Assembly (NCBI GenBank): GCA_903887845.1
Contig: CAISRC010000120.1
Location: forward strand, 651-24,650
From: an uncultured Chlorobiaceae bacterium
GTDB taxonomy: Bacteria; Bacteroidota; Chlorobiia; Chlorobiales; Chlorobiaceae
Direction: 5' to 3'
DNA: 24,000 bases
The first letter of the stretch is position 1. Each line of letters starts with the position of its first letter. The notes beneath the pieces are model-generated. The model was not told the origin of the DNA. It did not search any database and was given only the letters and a program-made list of their open reading frames with translations. Of the stretch, positions 1 through 8,983 are shown one piece after another. The position numbers were made by a program, and so were the translations under genes.

Positions 1-1436
1 TTGCCTTTTGCAGTCAGCCGGTATTTCTGTGAACGGCTGTTTGGTTTTTCAGGGATGGTGTAGGCAAGCAACCCGGATTCCCTCAGGCGCGGGAGTGCTT
101 TTCGCAGATTGCCACTCAATTGCTTGTGCCCCATCGCAGCAGCAATATCCGCTGATGAAAGGGGATTATCTGAGCATAGGGAGAGAATGTGCATATCAAC
201 TTGTGCCCTTACCTGCGCCCCGACTTGGGCCTTTACTTGTGCCCTGTATTGGTTGTCGACTTGTGCTTTTTGCGTTATTTTAACTTGTGCCCTATCTTGT
301 GCTTTTTTTGCAAAAACGGAAACTGGAGCTGCCAGAAAGACTGTCAACCGTATCCGCGCAGCGAATTCCATAATCTGCGGTCCTGCCAACCCCAGAGCCC
401 CGGATTCTTTAAAAATGGAGAATATGCCACTGCCCCACCGCTCAACAAGATTCAGCTCACGGAAGACTCTGGCAATAACATGGTTACGGATTCTCGATGT
501 GCCTTGTTTCATGGACTCAAGGGTCATACCGGCAAGCAGAAGGCCTGGATTTTCTATTTCAATACGGTCATCAAAAAAAGAGATACGGATGGGAGCACTG
601 CGCCGGGAGTAGTCAGCATGGAGCAGTGCATTGATAACAGCCTCTCTCAAAAGAGGGAGCGTCCCTGATGCCTCTCCTGAAGCGAATTTTTTAATAAAAT
701 CCATAATACTTTCAACCGCCAGAGGGAGGTGGTCGTAGATATCGACAGAGTCGAATATGACAGCCCGGTCGGCACCGGTAAATCGAGCGCATTGTATCCA
801 TGCAGAGGAAAAGTGCAGTGCCCGCTCTTTACCGAAGAGCAGCACAGCTCCTCTTGTAGGAACCAGTCTTCGCTGGTAAGAGGTGAGGAGCTTGATGGTA
901 ACCAGCGACTGTTCGTCGAGTTTCCATTCCCCGGCAAAACATTTCTGGACTGCCGCCAGATCGAGATCATCTTTGCTCAGTTCCGGCATGGGCATTTCAT
1001 CATAGGATATACCCTCCGCCGCCCGGCCCAGTTCAGCGATCAATGATATATCGGCGCGGATATTTGATGCTCCAATGCGGACATAGACGCCCTGCTCCTG
1101 TCCTTCGGACTTCAGCCAATGGGGCCGTAAAGCGCTCACAAATACCTCTATTACCAGCAGGGTTGTGTCGTGGATAGTGACAAGCTCTATATTGGGAACC
1201 AGATGAGGGGTAATGGAATCTGCAATGAGGCTCCGAAGCTTCTCCTCTTCATCGAGAGGATCTTTGACGCCCACAATCTGCCTGTCGTCGCCCATGCCGA
1301 TGATCAGGCGCCCACCCGCAGCATTGGCATAAGCAACCAGCGTTTTCATCAACAGTGTCGGCGAAGCACTATCTCTTTTAAATTCAAGTGTTTTTCCTTC
1401 AGACTGGAGATGAATGTTGTTCACTATATCTCTCAT
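1..1436 (-). CDS. AlbA_2 / HATPase_c_4-type putative DNA-binding ATPase (family often annotated 'RecG-like' or 'putative transcriptional regulator'); 3' end runs off the window
   Basis: My own translation of the minus strand from ATG 1436..1434 stays open for 478 codons to the window edge. It reads MRDIVNNIHLQSEGKTLEFKRD..GGRLIIGMGDDRQIVGV.., then ..REAVINALLHADYS..IEIENPG..RIRNHVIARVFRELNLVERWGSGI.., then an AQV repeat linker and the tail ..SRSQKYRLTAKG. This layout matches the family from memory. The gene is absent from the supplied ORF track, apparently because no stop codon lies in the window. Confidence 0.8.
   Translation of the reverse strand, partial: MRDIVNNIHLQSEGKTLEFKRDSASPTLLMKTLVAYANAAGGRLIIGMGDDRQIVGVKDPLDEEEKLRSLIADSITPHLVPNIELVTIHDTTLLVIEVFVSALRPHWLKSEGQEQGVYVRIGASNIRADISLIAELGRAAEGISYDEMPMPELSKDDLDLAAVQKCFAGEWKLDEQSLVTIKLLTSYQRRLVPTRGAVLLFGKERALHFSSAWIQCARFTGADRAVIFDSVDIYDHLPLAVESIMDFIKKFASGEASGTLPLLREAVINALLHADYSRRSAPIRISFFDDRIEIENPGLLLAGMTLESMKQGTSRIRNHVIARVFRELNLVERWGSGIFSIFKESGALGLAGPQIMEFAARIRLTVFLAAPVSVFAKKAQDRAQVKITQKAQVDNQYRAQVKAQVGAQVRAQVDMHILSLCSDNPLSSADIAAAMGHKQLSGNLRKALPRLRESGLLAYTIPEKPNSRSQKYRLTAKG
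199..302. repeat. 12-bp periodic coding repeat (ACTTGTGC-type core) inside the AlbA_2-family gene
   Basis: Cores ACTTGTGC, ACCTGCGC, ACTTGGGC and TCTTGTGC start at 199, 211, 223, 235, 259, 283 and 295, spaced 12 or 24 bp apart. On the minus strand they encode ..AQDRAQVKITQKAQVDNQYRAQVKAQVGAQVRAQVD.. Confidence 0.85.
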
Positions 1437-1685
1437 GGGATATCTCCCTTCAACATGCAGAATTGCACCGTTTTACCTGGGCCATCAATCAATGCCTTAT
1501 CTCCTCTCTTGCTTCATTCAGTGCTTTGAGTTATGTTACCTCGTTCTTTTACCGTACCCGTTGTTTGCCCATCGTGTTTTGTTTGAGATCAAAACAACCG
1601 TTAATGTACAAATAACTTGTGCTCTTATAAGCGATTTTGCTGGAAGCGAACGACGAATCTTACTTTTTAAAACAATGGAGCAGAG

Positions 1686-1871
1686 ATGGGAGCAAAAGAT
1701 ATTATTCTTGAGGTACTGAAAAAAGAGAGCGAACCACTGAACGCAGGTAAAATTACAGAACTTACCGGGTTGGATCGTAAAGAGGTTGACAAGGCTATGA
1801 AAGCTCTGAAAGATGAGCAACTGATTGTCTCCCCGAGACGATGTTACTGGGAGCCAAAAAAACAACAATAA
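1686..1871 (+). CDS. small winged-helix-like DNA-binding protein (61 aa), hypothetical
   Basis: Track [61 protein letters not shown]. The pattern (name-like helix, '[12 protein letters not shown]' recognition-helix-like segment, beta-wing 'LIVSP..YW') looks like a minimal wHTH. It lies 15 nt upstream of osmC on the same strand. Confidence 0.55.
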   Translation: MGAKDIILEVLKKESEPLNAGKITELTGLDRKEVDKAMKALKDEQLIVSPRRCYWEPKKQQ

Positions 1872-1886
1872 CATATATCTCTTCTT

Positions 1887-2306
1887 ATGCACGCAACGGT
1901 GACTTATGACAGGAAAATGCCGATTTCCGGCATAAATGACAAGGGCCATACAACAATGTTTGATACCTCTGTCGCATTTTCAGGTACCGATTCGGCAGCC
2001 TCGCCGATGGAGACGGTGCTCGAAGCGTTTGGTGCCTGTTCCATGATGGATATTATCAGCATTCTTCGGAAAATGAGAAAAGAGCCAATTATCCTTGAGG
2101 TCGCCCTTGATGCCAAAAGGTCAGAAGAGCATCCGAAGGTTTTTACCTCGATTCATCTCAACTATCACCTGGAAAGTCCCGATTGCAGTCAGGACGAACT
2201 TGAAAAGGCCGCCCGTCTTTCGATAGAAAAGTATTGTAGCGTTGCGGCCATGCTCAGAGGATCAGGATGCATCATAACATGGGCAACGGAACTTGTCAGA
2301 GACTGA
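1887..2306 (+). CDS. osmC: OsmC/Ohr-family peroxiredoxin-like protein
   Basis: 139-aa ORF. It has the characteristic OsmC core ..ASPMETVLEAFGACSMMDIISIL.. and C-terminal ..IEKYCSVAAML.., with the two conserved Cys positions. Confidence 0.8.
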   Translation: MHATVTYDRKMPISGINDKGHTTMFDTSVAFSGTDSAASPMETVLEAFGACSMMDIISILRKMRKEPIILEVALDAKRSEEHPKVFTSIHLNYHLESPDCSQDELEKAARLSIEKYCSVAAMLRGSGCIITWATELVRD

Positions 2307-2369
2307 AGAGAATAGGCAAGAAGCGTTCAACTGCATAGAGTGGCTGATCCGTTTTTACTACGGCAAATC

Positions 2370-2546
2370 CTATGGAACATTAGCAAGCTTCCGCTCCCCG
2401 TCAGGTGAAACAAACCAAACATGGCCAGTTTCGCGATCTATCTTGTACGCACACGCGTTTCCTGCTCCAACAATCTGGTATTTGTATTCAGAGCACCCGG
2501 ACAGTGATGCACAGAGAGCGGCCATCACCAAAATAAATTTAAGCAT
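2370..2546 (-). CDS. small lipoprotein (58 aa), hypothetical
   Basis: Own translation: MLKFILVMAALCASLSGCSEYKYQIVGAGNACAYKIDRETGHVWFVSPDGERKLANVP*. It has a clear signal peptide plus lipobox (LSGC). It is below the apparent length cut-off of the track. The overlapping + strand ORF 2293..2565 starts at TTG and looks non-protein-like. Confidence 0.5.
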   Translation of the reverse strand: MLKFILVMAALCASLSGCSEYKYQIVGAGNACAYKIDRETGHVWFVSPDGERKLANVP

Positions 2547-2643
2547 AATGATCTCTGTTGATTAAAAGAGAGTTTACTGAAAATTTTGGAGAGAGACAAA
2601 GAGTGCGGAGAGAGAATTCCTTTCGCCTGTTTTGGATAACAGT

Positions 2644-2669
2644 AAGGGGAGATAGCTGTATCTCCCCTT
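2644..2669 (-). terminator. perfect 11-bp stem hairpin downstream of the 2695..3393 gene (possible terminator, no clear U-tract)
   Basis: AAGGGGAGATA (2644-2654), loop GCTG, TATCTCCCCTT (2659-2669). It lies 25 nt beyond the stop of the minus-strand gene. Confidence 0.4.
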
Positions 2670-2694
2670 TGCATAAACTTTATCAAAAAATCAA

Positions 2695-3393
2695 TCAGTT
2701 TTTTTTGCCGCCATCATCTGGCCGATTGTCAGATGGCTGATTGTTTTTGTTCTTTTCTTTTGCTCGATTGTCAGAAGACTGATTGTGTTTGCCGCCATCA
2801 TTTGGCCGAATATCAGAAGGCTGATTGTTTTTGCTTCCTTCTTTTGGTCGATTGTCAGGGGGCGGATTGTTTGGCCCGCGATTATCGTTGTTCCTCTGAT
2901 CCCGATTGTTGTCATTAAAACGTTGATCATTGTTATTGCCACGGCTTCTGTCGTCAAAGCGGGGACCCCTGTCATTGCGACCGTCAAAACGCTGATCACG
3001 GTTATCCCTGTTGTGGTCGAACCTGTCGTTATGCCTGCGATATTCGATATCCCGTGTTCTCCTTATGTCCTCCCAGCGGCGGCTTTTGATTCTGTAGGGA
3101 AGTCTGTTCTCGCGAACAATAGCCCATGGCCCACGGTAATTGGGAGAACAGTACCATATACCGTTTTGATTGATGTAGTAGAGTTCTCTATACAAGATGA
3201 TATCATAAGGACTCCCTACGGATATTGAGAACCCGTAATCCGACAGGCTTATAAAGTCTGGTCGGGTACTGAGAAAAAATGAAGGTTTTTCCCTTCCTCC
3301 GATATGGATGCTCACTTCCGCACACGCATCGGCTGCGGGATTACCGAGTAACATTCCCGCAATTCCGGCAGCCAGCCAAATGCTTCTTTTCAT
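2695..3393 (-). CDS. secreted protein with D/N/R-rich repetitive C-terminus, hypothetical
   Basis: 232-aa ORF. N-terminal signal peptide MKRSIWLAAGIAGMLLGNPAADA. A compact Trp/Tyr-rich middle part follows (..YYINQNGIWYCSPNYRGPWAIV..), then a low-complexity tail (DNR, NNQPSD.RP.DGGK repeats). Confidence 0.7.
   Translation of the reverse strand: MKRSIWLAAGIAGMLLGNPAADACAEVSIHIGGREKPSFFLSTRPDFISLSDYGFSISVGSPYDIILYRELYYINQNGIWYCSPNYRGPWAIVRENRLPYRIKSRRWEDIRRTRDIEYRRHNDRFDHNRDNRDQRFDGRNDRGPRFDDRSRGNNNDQRFNDNNRDQRNNDNRGPNNPPPDNRPKEGSKNNQPSDIRPNDGGKHNQSSDNRAKEKNKNNQPSDNRPDDGGKKN
2704..2871. repeat. tandem duplication, 2 x 84 bp (internal ~42-bp sub-period), coding
   Basis: 2704-2787 and 2788-2871 align base for base. 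Both start TTTGCCGCCATCAT and contain GATTGTCAGA.GGCTGATTGTTTTTG. They encode the 28-aa units ..KNNQPSD.RP.DGGK.. Confidence 0.85.
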
Positions 3394-3459
3394 GTGTATT
3401 CTCCTGTTGTTAAAAGTTGTTTAGTAATAAGGTCTCTATGTATCTGACGATCTTTTTAT

Positions 3460-5193
3460 TTATTTCCAGCGCAGAGCATCTCTCAAACCAGAATTTCTTT
3501 CTGTTTTTCTCCTTACAGCAGAGAAAAATACTTCTTTATTTGCCCAGAGTTCAATAGTTTTTTTCGTTCTGGTCATGCCGGTATAGATCAGCTCCCGCGT
3601 CAGAAGATCACTGTCAACCGGAGGAAGAAGCATCAATATTCGGTCAAACTCTGACCCCTGGCTTTTATGGATGGTCATGGCATAAGCCGTTTCATGAGCG
3701 GGAAGTCGTTCCGGCGGTATGCTGCGGACTCCTCCTTCAGGATTCGGGAAAAAGACCCTCAAGAGACCTCCGTTATCAGGATCGGGAAAGAGAATGCCAG
3801 TGTCACCGTTAAAGAGGCGCATGGAGTAGTCGTTGACAGTGACAAGAACGGGACGTTTAGAATAAAAGAGGCTTGACGGAGCAATCAGTCCTTTTCTGGC
3901 AAGAATTTTTTCGATTATGTTGTTGAGGCCACTCACACCGTAAGGGCCGTCACGCAGGGCGCAAAGAATGCGAAACCGGTCAAATCGCTCCAGCGCTTCA
4001 GCAGGAGAGGCTGCTTCAAGATACCCTTGATAGCCTTCGGCCACTGCTGAAACCAGAGCAGTTCGTAGATTTTCAGGAGCAGGCATCTCCTGCCAGATAA
4101 TACTCAGTGTTTTGGCTTTCAAAAGCTCCAGCGCCACCATCTCCTGGCCGGCATTAACCGCCCGGCTGATTTCAGCAATGCCGCTTCCCGGCTGAAAACG
4201 GTAGTTTTTTTCGAGTACAACAAGTGAAGTAGAGAGCGGCGAAGCGGGGCTCTCCTCTCCGGCGCTGCAAATATCACCAAGTACCGCACCGGCCTCAACC
4301 GAGGCGAGCTGATCACGGTCGCCAAGAAGAATCAGTCGGGCAGTTGGTTTGAGCGTCGCCACAAGGGCGCTCATCAGCGGGAGGGCAACCATTGATGCTT
4401 CATCGATAATAATGGTGTCATAAGGAAGCGGATTTCTGGCTGAGTGGCGAAAGCGCGTCGAACCTGAGATACTGCCAAGAAGACGCTGGATAGTGACGAC
4501 ATTGTCCGGAATTGCCAGCTTCACCTCATCGGAGCAGTTCAGTGTTTGGCGGATATCGTTGACCGATCGTTTCAGTCGCGCGGCGGCCTTGCCAGTCGGG
4601 GCGGCCATGGCAATCCGTTGCTTTGTGCCTCCCTCCTGTTCAAGCAGCAGCGCAAGAATACGGACAACCGTCGAAGTTTTCCCGGTTCCCGGACCTCCGG
4701 AGATAACACAAAACTGCCTCCGCAGAGCAACCGTCGCAGCCTCTTTCTGGCGATGATCGTCACTATCCGGAAAAAGTCTTTCGATCGGATCCTGAAGTTT
4801 TATTTCATCAAATACTTCCTGAACTGCAGCAGCTTTCTCAAGAATCGTCATGGCAAGATCATGCTCGTATCGCCAGTACCGATAGAGATAAAGGCGGCCT
4901 GCGGCATCAAGCACCAGCGGACGATGGTGCTTCCCCGGGCCAGTGACGACAGACATACTTCTCACCAACTCCAGGAGCGCATCAAACCGGGGCAGCAGCA
5001 GCTCTCTCCCGTTCAAATTGACGGTCTGACCTGCAATATCGGCAAGGTTCAGGCAGAGATTACCCCGCCCTATAGCGCTGCTGGCAAGAGAGACCACAAG
5101 CCGGAAGATCTCATTGACCTCACCGGAGGTCTGTTTGCCGATAAAGGCTGCAAAATGGCGATCAATAGCCCTCTCCTGAAACTCAATGGTCAT
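3460..5193 (-). CDS. recD: exodeoxyribonuclease V alpha subunit (RecD, SF1 helicase)
   Basis: Helicase motifs seen: VISGGPGTGKTS (Walker A), IIIDEASMV, LILLGDRDQLASVEAG, VTVNDY..LFNGDTG, AMTIHKSQGSEF. The track ORF starts at TTG 5214. ATG 5193 is preferred because GGAGGAAGGA lies just upstream and it begins 4 nt after the recB stop. Confidence 0.9.
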   Translation of the reverse strand: MTIEFQERAIDRHFAAFIGKQTSGEVNEIFRLVVSLASSAIGRGNLCLNLADIAGQTVNLNGRELLLPRFDALLELVRSMSVVTGPGKHHRPLVLDAAGRLYLYRYWRYEHDLAMTILEKAAAVQEVFDEIKLQDPIERLFPDSDDHRQKEAATVALRRQFCVISGGPGTGKTSTVVRILALLLEQEGGTKQRIAMAAPTGKAAARLKRSVNDIRQTLNCSDEVKLAIPDNVVTIQRLLGSISGSTRFRHSARNPLPYDTIIIDEASMVALPLMSALVATLKPTARLILLGDRDQLASVEAGAVLGDICSAGEESPASPLSTSLVVLEKNYRFQPGSGIAEISRAVNAGQEMVALELLKAKTLSIIWQEMPAPENLRTALVSAVAEGYQGYLEAASPAEALERFDRFRILCALRDGPYGVSGLNNIIEKILARKGLIAPSSLFYSKRPVLVTVNDYSMRLFNGDTGILFPDPDNGGLLRVFFPNPEGGVRSIPPERLPAHETAYAMTIHKSQGSEFDRILMLLPPVDSDLLTRELIYTGMTRTKKTIELWANKEVFFSAVRRKTERNSGLRDALRWK

Positions 5194-5197
5194 AGGA

Positions 5198-8100
5198 TTA
5201 TCCTTCCTCCTCAATGAGAATATCGGTCAATGCCTGAATCAGCCCTTCGGATGGAAGGTCACGGAAAAATCCTCTGCTCTCTCCCTTCTCCCGGCTAACC
5301 CCGCGAAGAAAAACGTAAATCACGCCGCCGAAATGGGTGGCATAACGGTAGTTCTTGACCCTCAGAGAAAGATAGCGATGAAGCGCCACCGTATAAAGCA
5401 GGTATTGGAGCGGATAGAGATTGCTCTGCATCGCCTGTGTCAAGGAAGATTGCCCGTAGTCATCAAGGGAGTTGCCAAGATGGTTTGATTTCCAGTCGAG
5501 CAGATAGAAGCGCCCTCCCTCCTCAAAAACCATATCCATAAATCCCATGAGCATTCCCTTGACCGGTTTGAAGTGGAGAGCTTCTGCAAGTTTGGCAAGG
5601 TCAATCCCGCCGGACAAAAAACCGTGACGAGCAAGAAGCTCGCCAAGCACTGAGGAGTTGATAAACCTGAGAGGAAAGAAAAACTCCAGCTCAGCACTCC
5701 AGTTTCCCTTCTTGAGCGTGCCAAGGGTAAAGAGAGCGTCAGGCGACGAAAGTGGCGTTCTGAGCACGTTATGCACCATTCCGGTAATATGCGGTTCCCA
5801 CTCCGTTTTATAATTATACCGTTCCAGACCTTGCACCACCAGTTCATGAATCGACTCCTCAGAGGGCGAAGCAAAATTGATCTTTTCAAAAATTCCGTGC
5901 ATAAAGATGCCCGCCTGCGCACCCTTCGGAAAGGTAAAAATGCTCTGCCCGCCAGCGGTTGTCATCGGCACCTCCCCTGCCTGACGCGTCTCATCTCGAT
6001 CAGGCAGCTCAGCGCTCTGCTGTTCCTGCCCCGATTCGTGGCGACTGAAAGAGGTGAAGCTTGAGACGCGCCAGCCAGTGTCTACCCTTCCGCTGAAGTG
6101 GCGCAGACTTGGGTGCTCAGACACCCTGGTTGTAGGGGGATGAAGTGAGTTCTCACCAGGTGCCGGGCGATTCATCCGCCTGAAGCCGATTGTTCCCCCT
6201 GAACTTTCGGCAAACTTCTGCAACTGTAAGGCCATCGTTGCTGCTGACATGCCTTTCATCTCGGCCACCAGAGCCGTCGTCGGGTTTTCCTTTCCCCTTG
6301 TCTCACCCGAAGCATGAAGCAGATAGTTGACGGGAGTGGTGTCCGCACGGGTTTTGCCCGTTACAAGATAGCAGCGATACTTCGCTCTGGTCAGCGCCAC
6401 ATAGAGCAACCGGAGACTCTCCGCCAGCGACTCCTTTCCGGCCAGAGAGCGGTGAAGGTCAATATCGGAGGAGCCGAAATCCTTCACGAGCTGCCACTGC
6501 TCATTATGGAACATCACCACCTCGCCCTTGTGGTTTACGCCGCCCCAGAGAAAGGGGCAAAAGACCACCGGATACTCAAGCCCCTTGCTGACATGGATGG
6601 TGACAATCTTGACCGCTGCCTCATCCGTTTCAAGGCGAATCTGGTACTCCTCCTGCTCCTCCTCAGCCCCAAGCCGTTCGCTGAACCAGGCAATCAGCCC
6701 CTCCATGCCCAATCCATGCTCATGTTCCTCCCCATGGAGCAGCTCAAAACAATGCAGAATATTGGTGAGCCGCCGCTCTCCATCAGGATAACCGAGCAGG
6801 CGCCCGCGAATCCCCTCGCTGGCCATCAGCTCACGGCTCATCACCATACAACCCCGCTGAAGCCAAAGCTCATGGTAGTGGCGGAACGACCTGAGGCGCT
6901 CCGTCCACAACTCCTCATCATCAAGCAACGTGGCAATCTCGTTGCCTGACCTGCCGAGGAGATCGCTCACCAGCGCAGCACGTACCTTTGGTTCATTTGA
7001 CGGATCGCCAAGCGCAGAGAGCAGGATTCGCAGCTCTTCGGCCTCCCTCGTTGCAAAGATGCTTTTGTCGCTCCGCATAACCCCCGCAATGCCGCGTACA
7101 CCAAGGGCGCTGAGCACCATGGCCGCCTGCCGATGGGTGCGCACAATCACGGCAATGTCTCCAGCGGTGAGAGTTTTGCCTCCCACAAGGGTTCCACCAT
7201 CCTGCAGAAGACGCACAATTTCACCGGCAACCCCTTCGGAAGCAAAAGCGCCAGCATCCTCAACCGTCCATACCCCGCCCTTTTCATCCCCGGAGTCCAT
7301 GAACCAGAGCTGCATCGGCTCCTTCTCGCTGTCGTTCAACTCCCGGTTACCCGCAAGAGGATGGTAGAAAATTTCATCGTAGAGAAAGGGTCGCCTTGCG
7401 TTATCGAACAAGGTATTGAAGGCATCAAGCAGCGGCGGCGCAGAGCGCCAGTTATCAGTCAGGGTAAAACGACGCTCTTCACTCACCTCTCGGGCCGCCC
7501 GCATGTAGGCGAAGATATCGGCGCCACGGAAGCTGTAGATCGCCTGTTTCGGGTCGCCGATAAGAAAGAGCGGCAAATCAGAGCCAGCGTAGATGGTTCT
7601 GAAAATCTCATACTGCACCGGATCAGTATCCTGAAACTCGTCAATCAGCGCCGCCCGGTACTTTACCCGGAGCAATCCCGCAAGTATTGCTCCCCCGCCG
7701 TCGGAGAGGAGCGCACGATAGAGATCTTCGAGCAGGTCGTCGAAAAAGCGGACATTGCTGGCACGCTTGCGGAGAGGCAGGCTCTTCCGGTAAAAGCGAA
7801 CCAGCTCAGCCTTGAGAGCTAGAAAGCGTCTCTGCACCGCATCATGCAGCCGCTGGCAGCTCCCGAAGAGAGGATGAACCGGCGGAGTGTTTTTCAACTT
7901 CGTTCCTTCACTGATGGCGCTTGCCGTAAACTTGTTAAAGTCGGCAAAGAGGTCATAAGGGTTGCCGGCAGCAACAAAAGCATCCATGTCAGCAAAGAGC
8001 GGCTCAAGCAGGTCTGCCCTATAAGTCTCCTGCGACCGCTTCAGCCCTTTGTCTGTTGTCAAGAGCTTTGTAATGCTCTCGCGTTCATGCTGCCAGAGAT

Positions 8101-8767
8101 CGCTTGTCTCTGCGTAGGCAGCGCTGCACTCCTTGTCGAGCGTGATTATCTCCTCGTCACTGAAGTCGGGAATAACTTTTACCCCGGTACCAGCATGAAG
8201 ATTTTTCAGGAGCGAGAGGAAGGTTTCAGGAGAGTGGCGATTCCGCAGGGTATAACCAAGCAGCGGCGCAGGCTCCCTGAAAAAGTGCATTCTCCAGAAA
8301 TCCTCCACAATATCGCGAAGCAGCCCTGTCTGGTCAGTTACCAACTCGGTATCGTAAAGAGAACCGCTCTCAAAGGCGTTATCCTGCAATGCCCGAAGGC
8401 AGAAGCCGTGAATGGTGAAAATCGAAGCGGTATCGAAGGCGCCGAGAGCCCGCTCAAGGAGATCGCGCACCTTTTTCATGCCACCTTGAGAGGCCTTTTC
8501 GTGCAGCTCTTCAAGAAATGCGTCCGTTGTCTCAGCACCCTTCATAACCTCAAGCGCCTCACGAATACGAGTGCGGATTCTCGAACGAAGCTCCTGCGTT
8601 GCCGCCTCGGTATAGGTCACCACAAGAATCTGCTCCGGCAACAGCTCCTGCTCCACCAGCAGCCGCAGATAGAGCGACGCAATAGCATAGGTCTTCCCCG
8701 TCCCGGCGCTTGCCTCGATGAGGTTAGTGCTGGAGAGTGCGACAGTGATGTGGTTCAGTTGCTGCAT
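5198..8767 (-). CDS. recB: exodeoxyribonuclease V beta subunit (RecB, UvrD-like helicase + PD-(D/E)XK nuclease)
   Basis: Motifs seen: LIEASAGTGKTYAI, ALIDEFQDTDPVQ, LIGDPKQAIYSFRGAD, LTDNWRS, VTIHVSKGLEYPVVF, LLYVALTRAK. The C-terminal nuclease has GFMDMVF..YLLDWKSN..QYLLYTVALHRYL. The ORF is open to 8875, but the family-typical N-terminus begins at ATG 8767 (MQQLNHITVAL..LIEASAGTGKT). Confidence 0.9.
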   Translation of the reverse strand: MQQLNHITVALSSTNLIEASAGTGKTYAIASLYLRLLVEQELLPEQILVVTYTEAATQELRSRIRTRIREALEVMKGAETTDAFLEELHEKASQGGMKKVRDLLERALGAFDTASIFTIHGFCLRALQDNAFESGSLYDTELVTDQTGLLRDIVEDFWRMHFFREPAPLLGYTLRNRHSPETFLSLLKNLHAGTGVKVIPDFSDEEIITLDKECSAAYAETSDLWQHERESITKLLTTDKGLKRSQETYRADLLEPLFADMDAFVAAGNPYDLFADFNKFTASAISEGTKLKNTPPVHPLFGSCQRLHDAVQRRFLALKAELVRFYRKSLPLRKRASNVRFFDDLLEDLYRALLSDGGGAILAGLLRVKYRAALIDEFQDTDPVQYEIFRTIYAGSDLPLFLIGDPKQAIYSFRGADIFAYMRAAREVSEERRFTLTDNWRSAPPLLDAFNTLFDNARRPFLYDEIFYHPLAGNRELNDSEKEPMQLWFMDSGDEKGGVWTVEDAGAFASEGVAGEIVRLLQDGGTLVGGKTLTAGDIAVIVRTHRQAAMVLSALGVRGIAGVMRSDKSIFATREAEELRILLSALGDPSNEPKVRAALVSDLLGRSGNEIATLLDDEELWTERLRSFRHYHELWLQRGCMVMSRELMASEGIRGRLLGYPDGERRLTNILHCFELLHGEEHEHGLGMEGLIAWFSERLGAEEEQEEYQIRLETDEAAVKIVTIHVSKGLEYPVVFCPFLWGGVNHKGEVVMFHNEQWQLVKDFGSSDIDLHRSLAGKESLAESLRLLYVALTRAKYRCYLVTGKTRADTTPVNYLLHASGETRGKENPTTALVAEMKGMSAATMALQLQKFAESSGGTIGFRRMNRPAPGENSLHPPTTRVSEHPSLRHFSGRVDTGWRVSSFTSFSRHESGQEQQSAELPDRDETRQAGEVPMTTAGGQSIFTFPKGAQAGIFMHGIFEKINFASPSEESIHELVVQGLERYNYKTEWEPHITGMVHNVLRTPLSSPDALFTLGTLKKGNWSAELEFFFPLRFINSSVLGELLARHGFLSGGIDLAKLAEALHFKPVKGMLMGFMDMVFEEGGRFYLLDWKSNHLGNSLDDYGQSSLTQAMQSNLYPLQYLLYTVALHRYLSLRVKNYRYATHFGGVIYVFLRGVSREKGESRGFFRDLPSEGLIQALTDILIEEEG

Positions 8768-8983
8768 TATGGCTTTGCCTCGGCAGGCTGGATGATGGGT
8801 GTAAAAGCTCAAGATATAATCATCAATGATAGCTATCTCCTGAAATGAAAGCAAAAACGAAATCAACATTGACAATGTTCGGAGCTAATCGTCAATAATC
8901 TCATCTCATCAGACGAGGTTTAGCTAAGAGATACTAAAAGTTTGATGATTCTTTTTTTCCTGTGTTATCGGCGCTATCTTTCG

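Noticed and set aside
8-1046. Several + strand track ORFs (8..283, 109..612, 189..668, 729..1046) and the minus ORF 647..970
   Set aside because: They overlap a 478-codon uninterrupted minus-strand frame with strong family motifs. They are antisense or off-frame shadows, and their Cys/Leu-rich translations are not protein-like.
1613-1620. An extra ACTTGTGC motif in the promoter region of the AlbA_2-family gene, matching its internal coding repeat
   Set aside because: A single 8-mer match is expected by chance in 24 kb.
2293-2565. 90-aa + strand ORF overlapping the end of osmC
   Set aside because: It has a TTG start inside osmC and no recognisable features. The opposite strand encodes a convincing small lipoprotein.
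5186-8848. Long + strand ORFs inside recB (e.g. 7844..8848 334 aa, 7133..7822 229 aa, 6314..6949 211 aa)
   Set aside because: They are antisense to a gene with unambiguous helicase and nuclease motifs. Long antisense ORFs are expected in GC-richer coding DNA.
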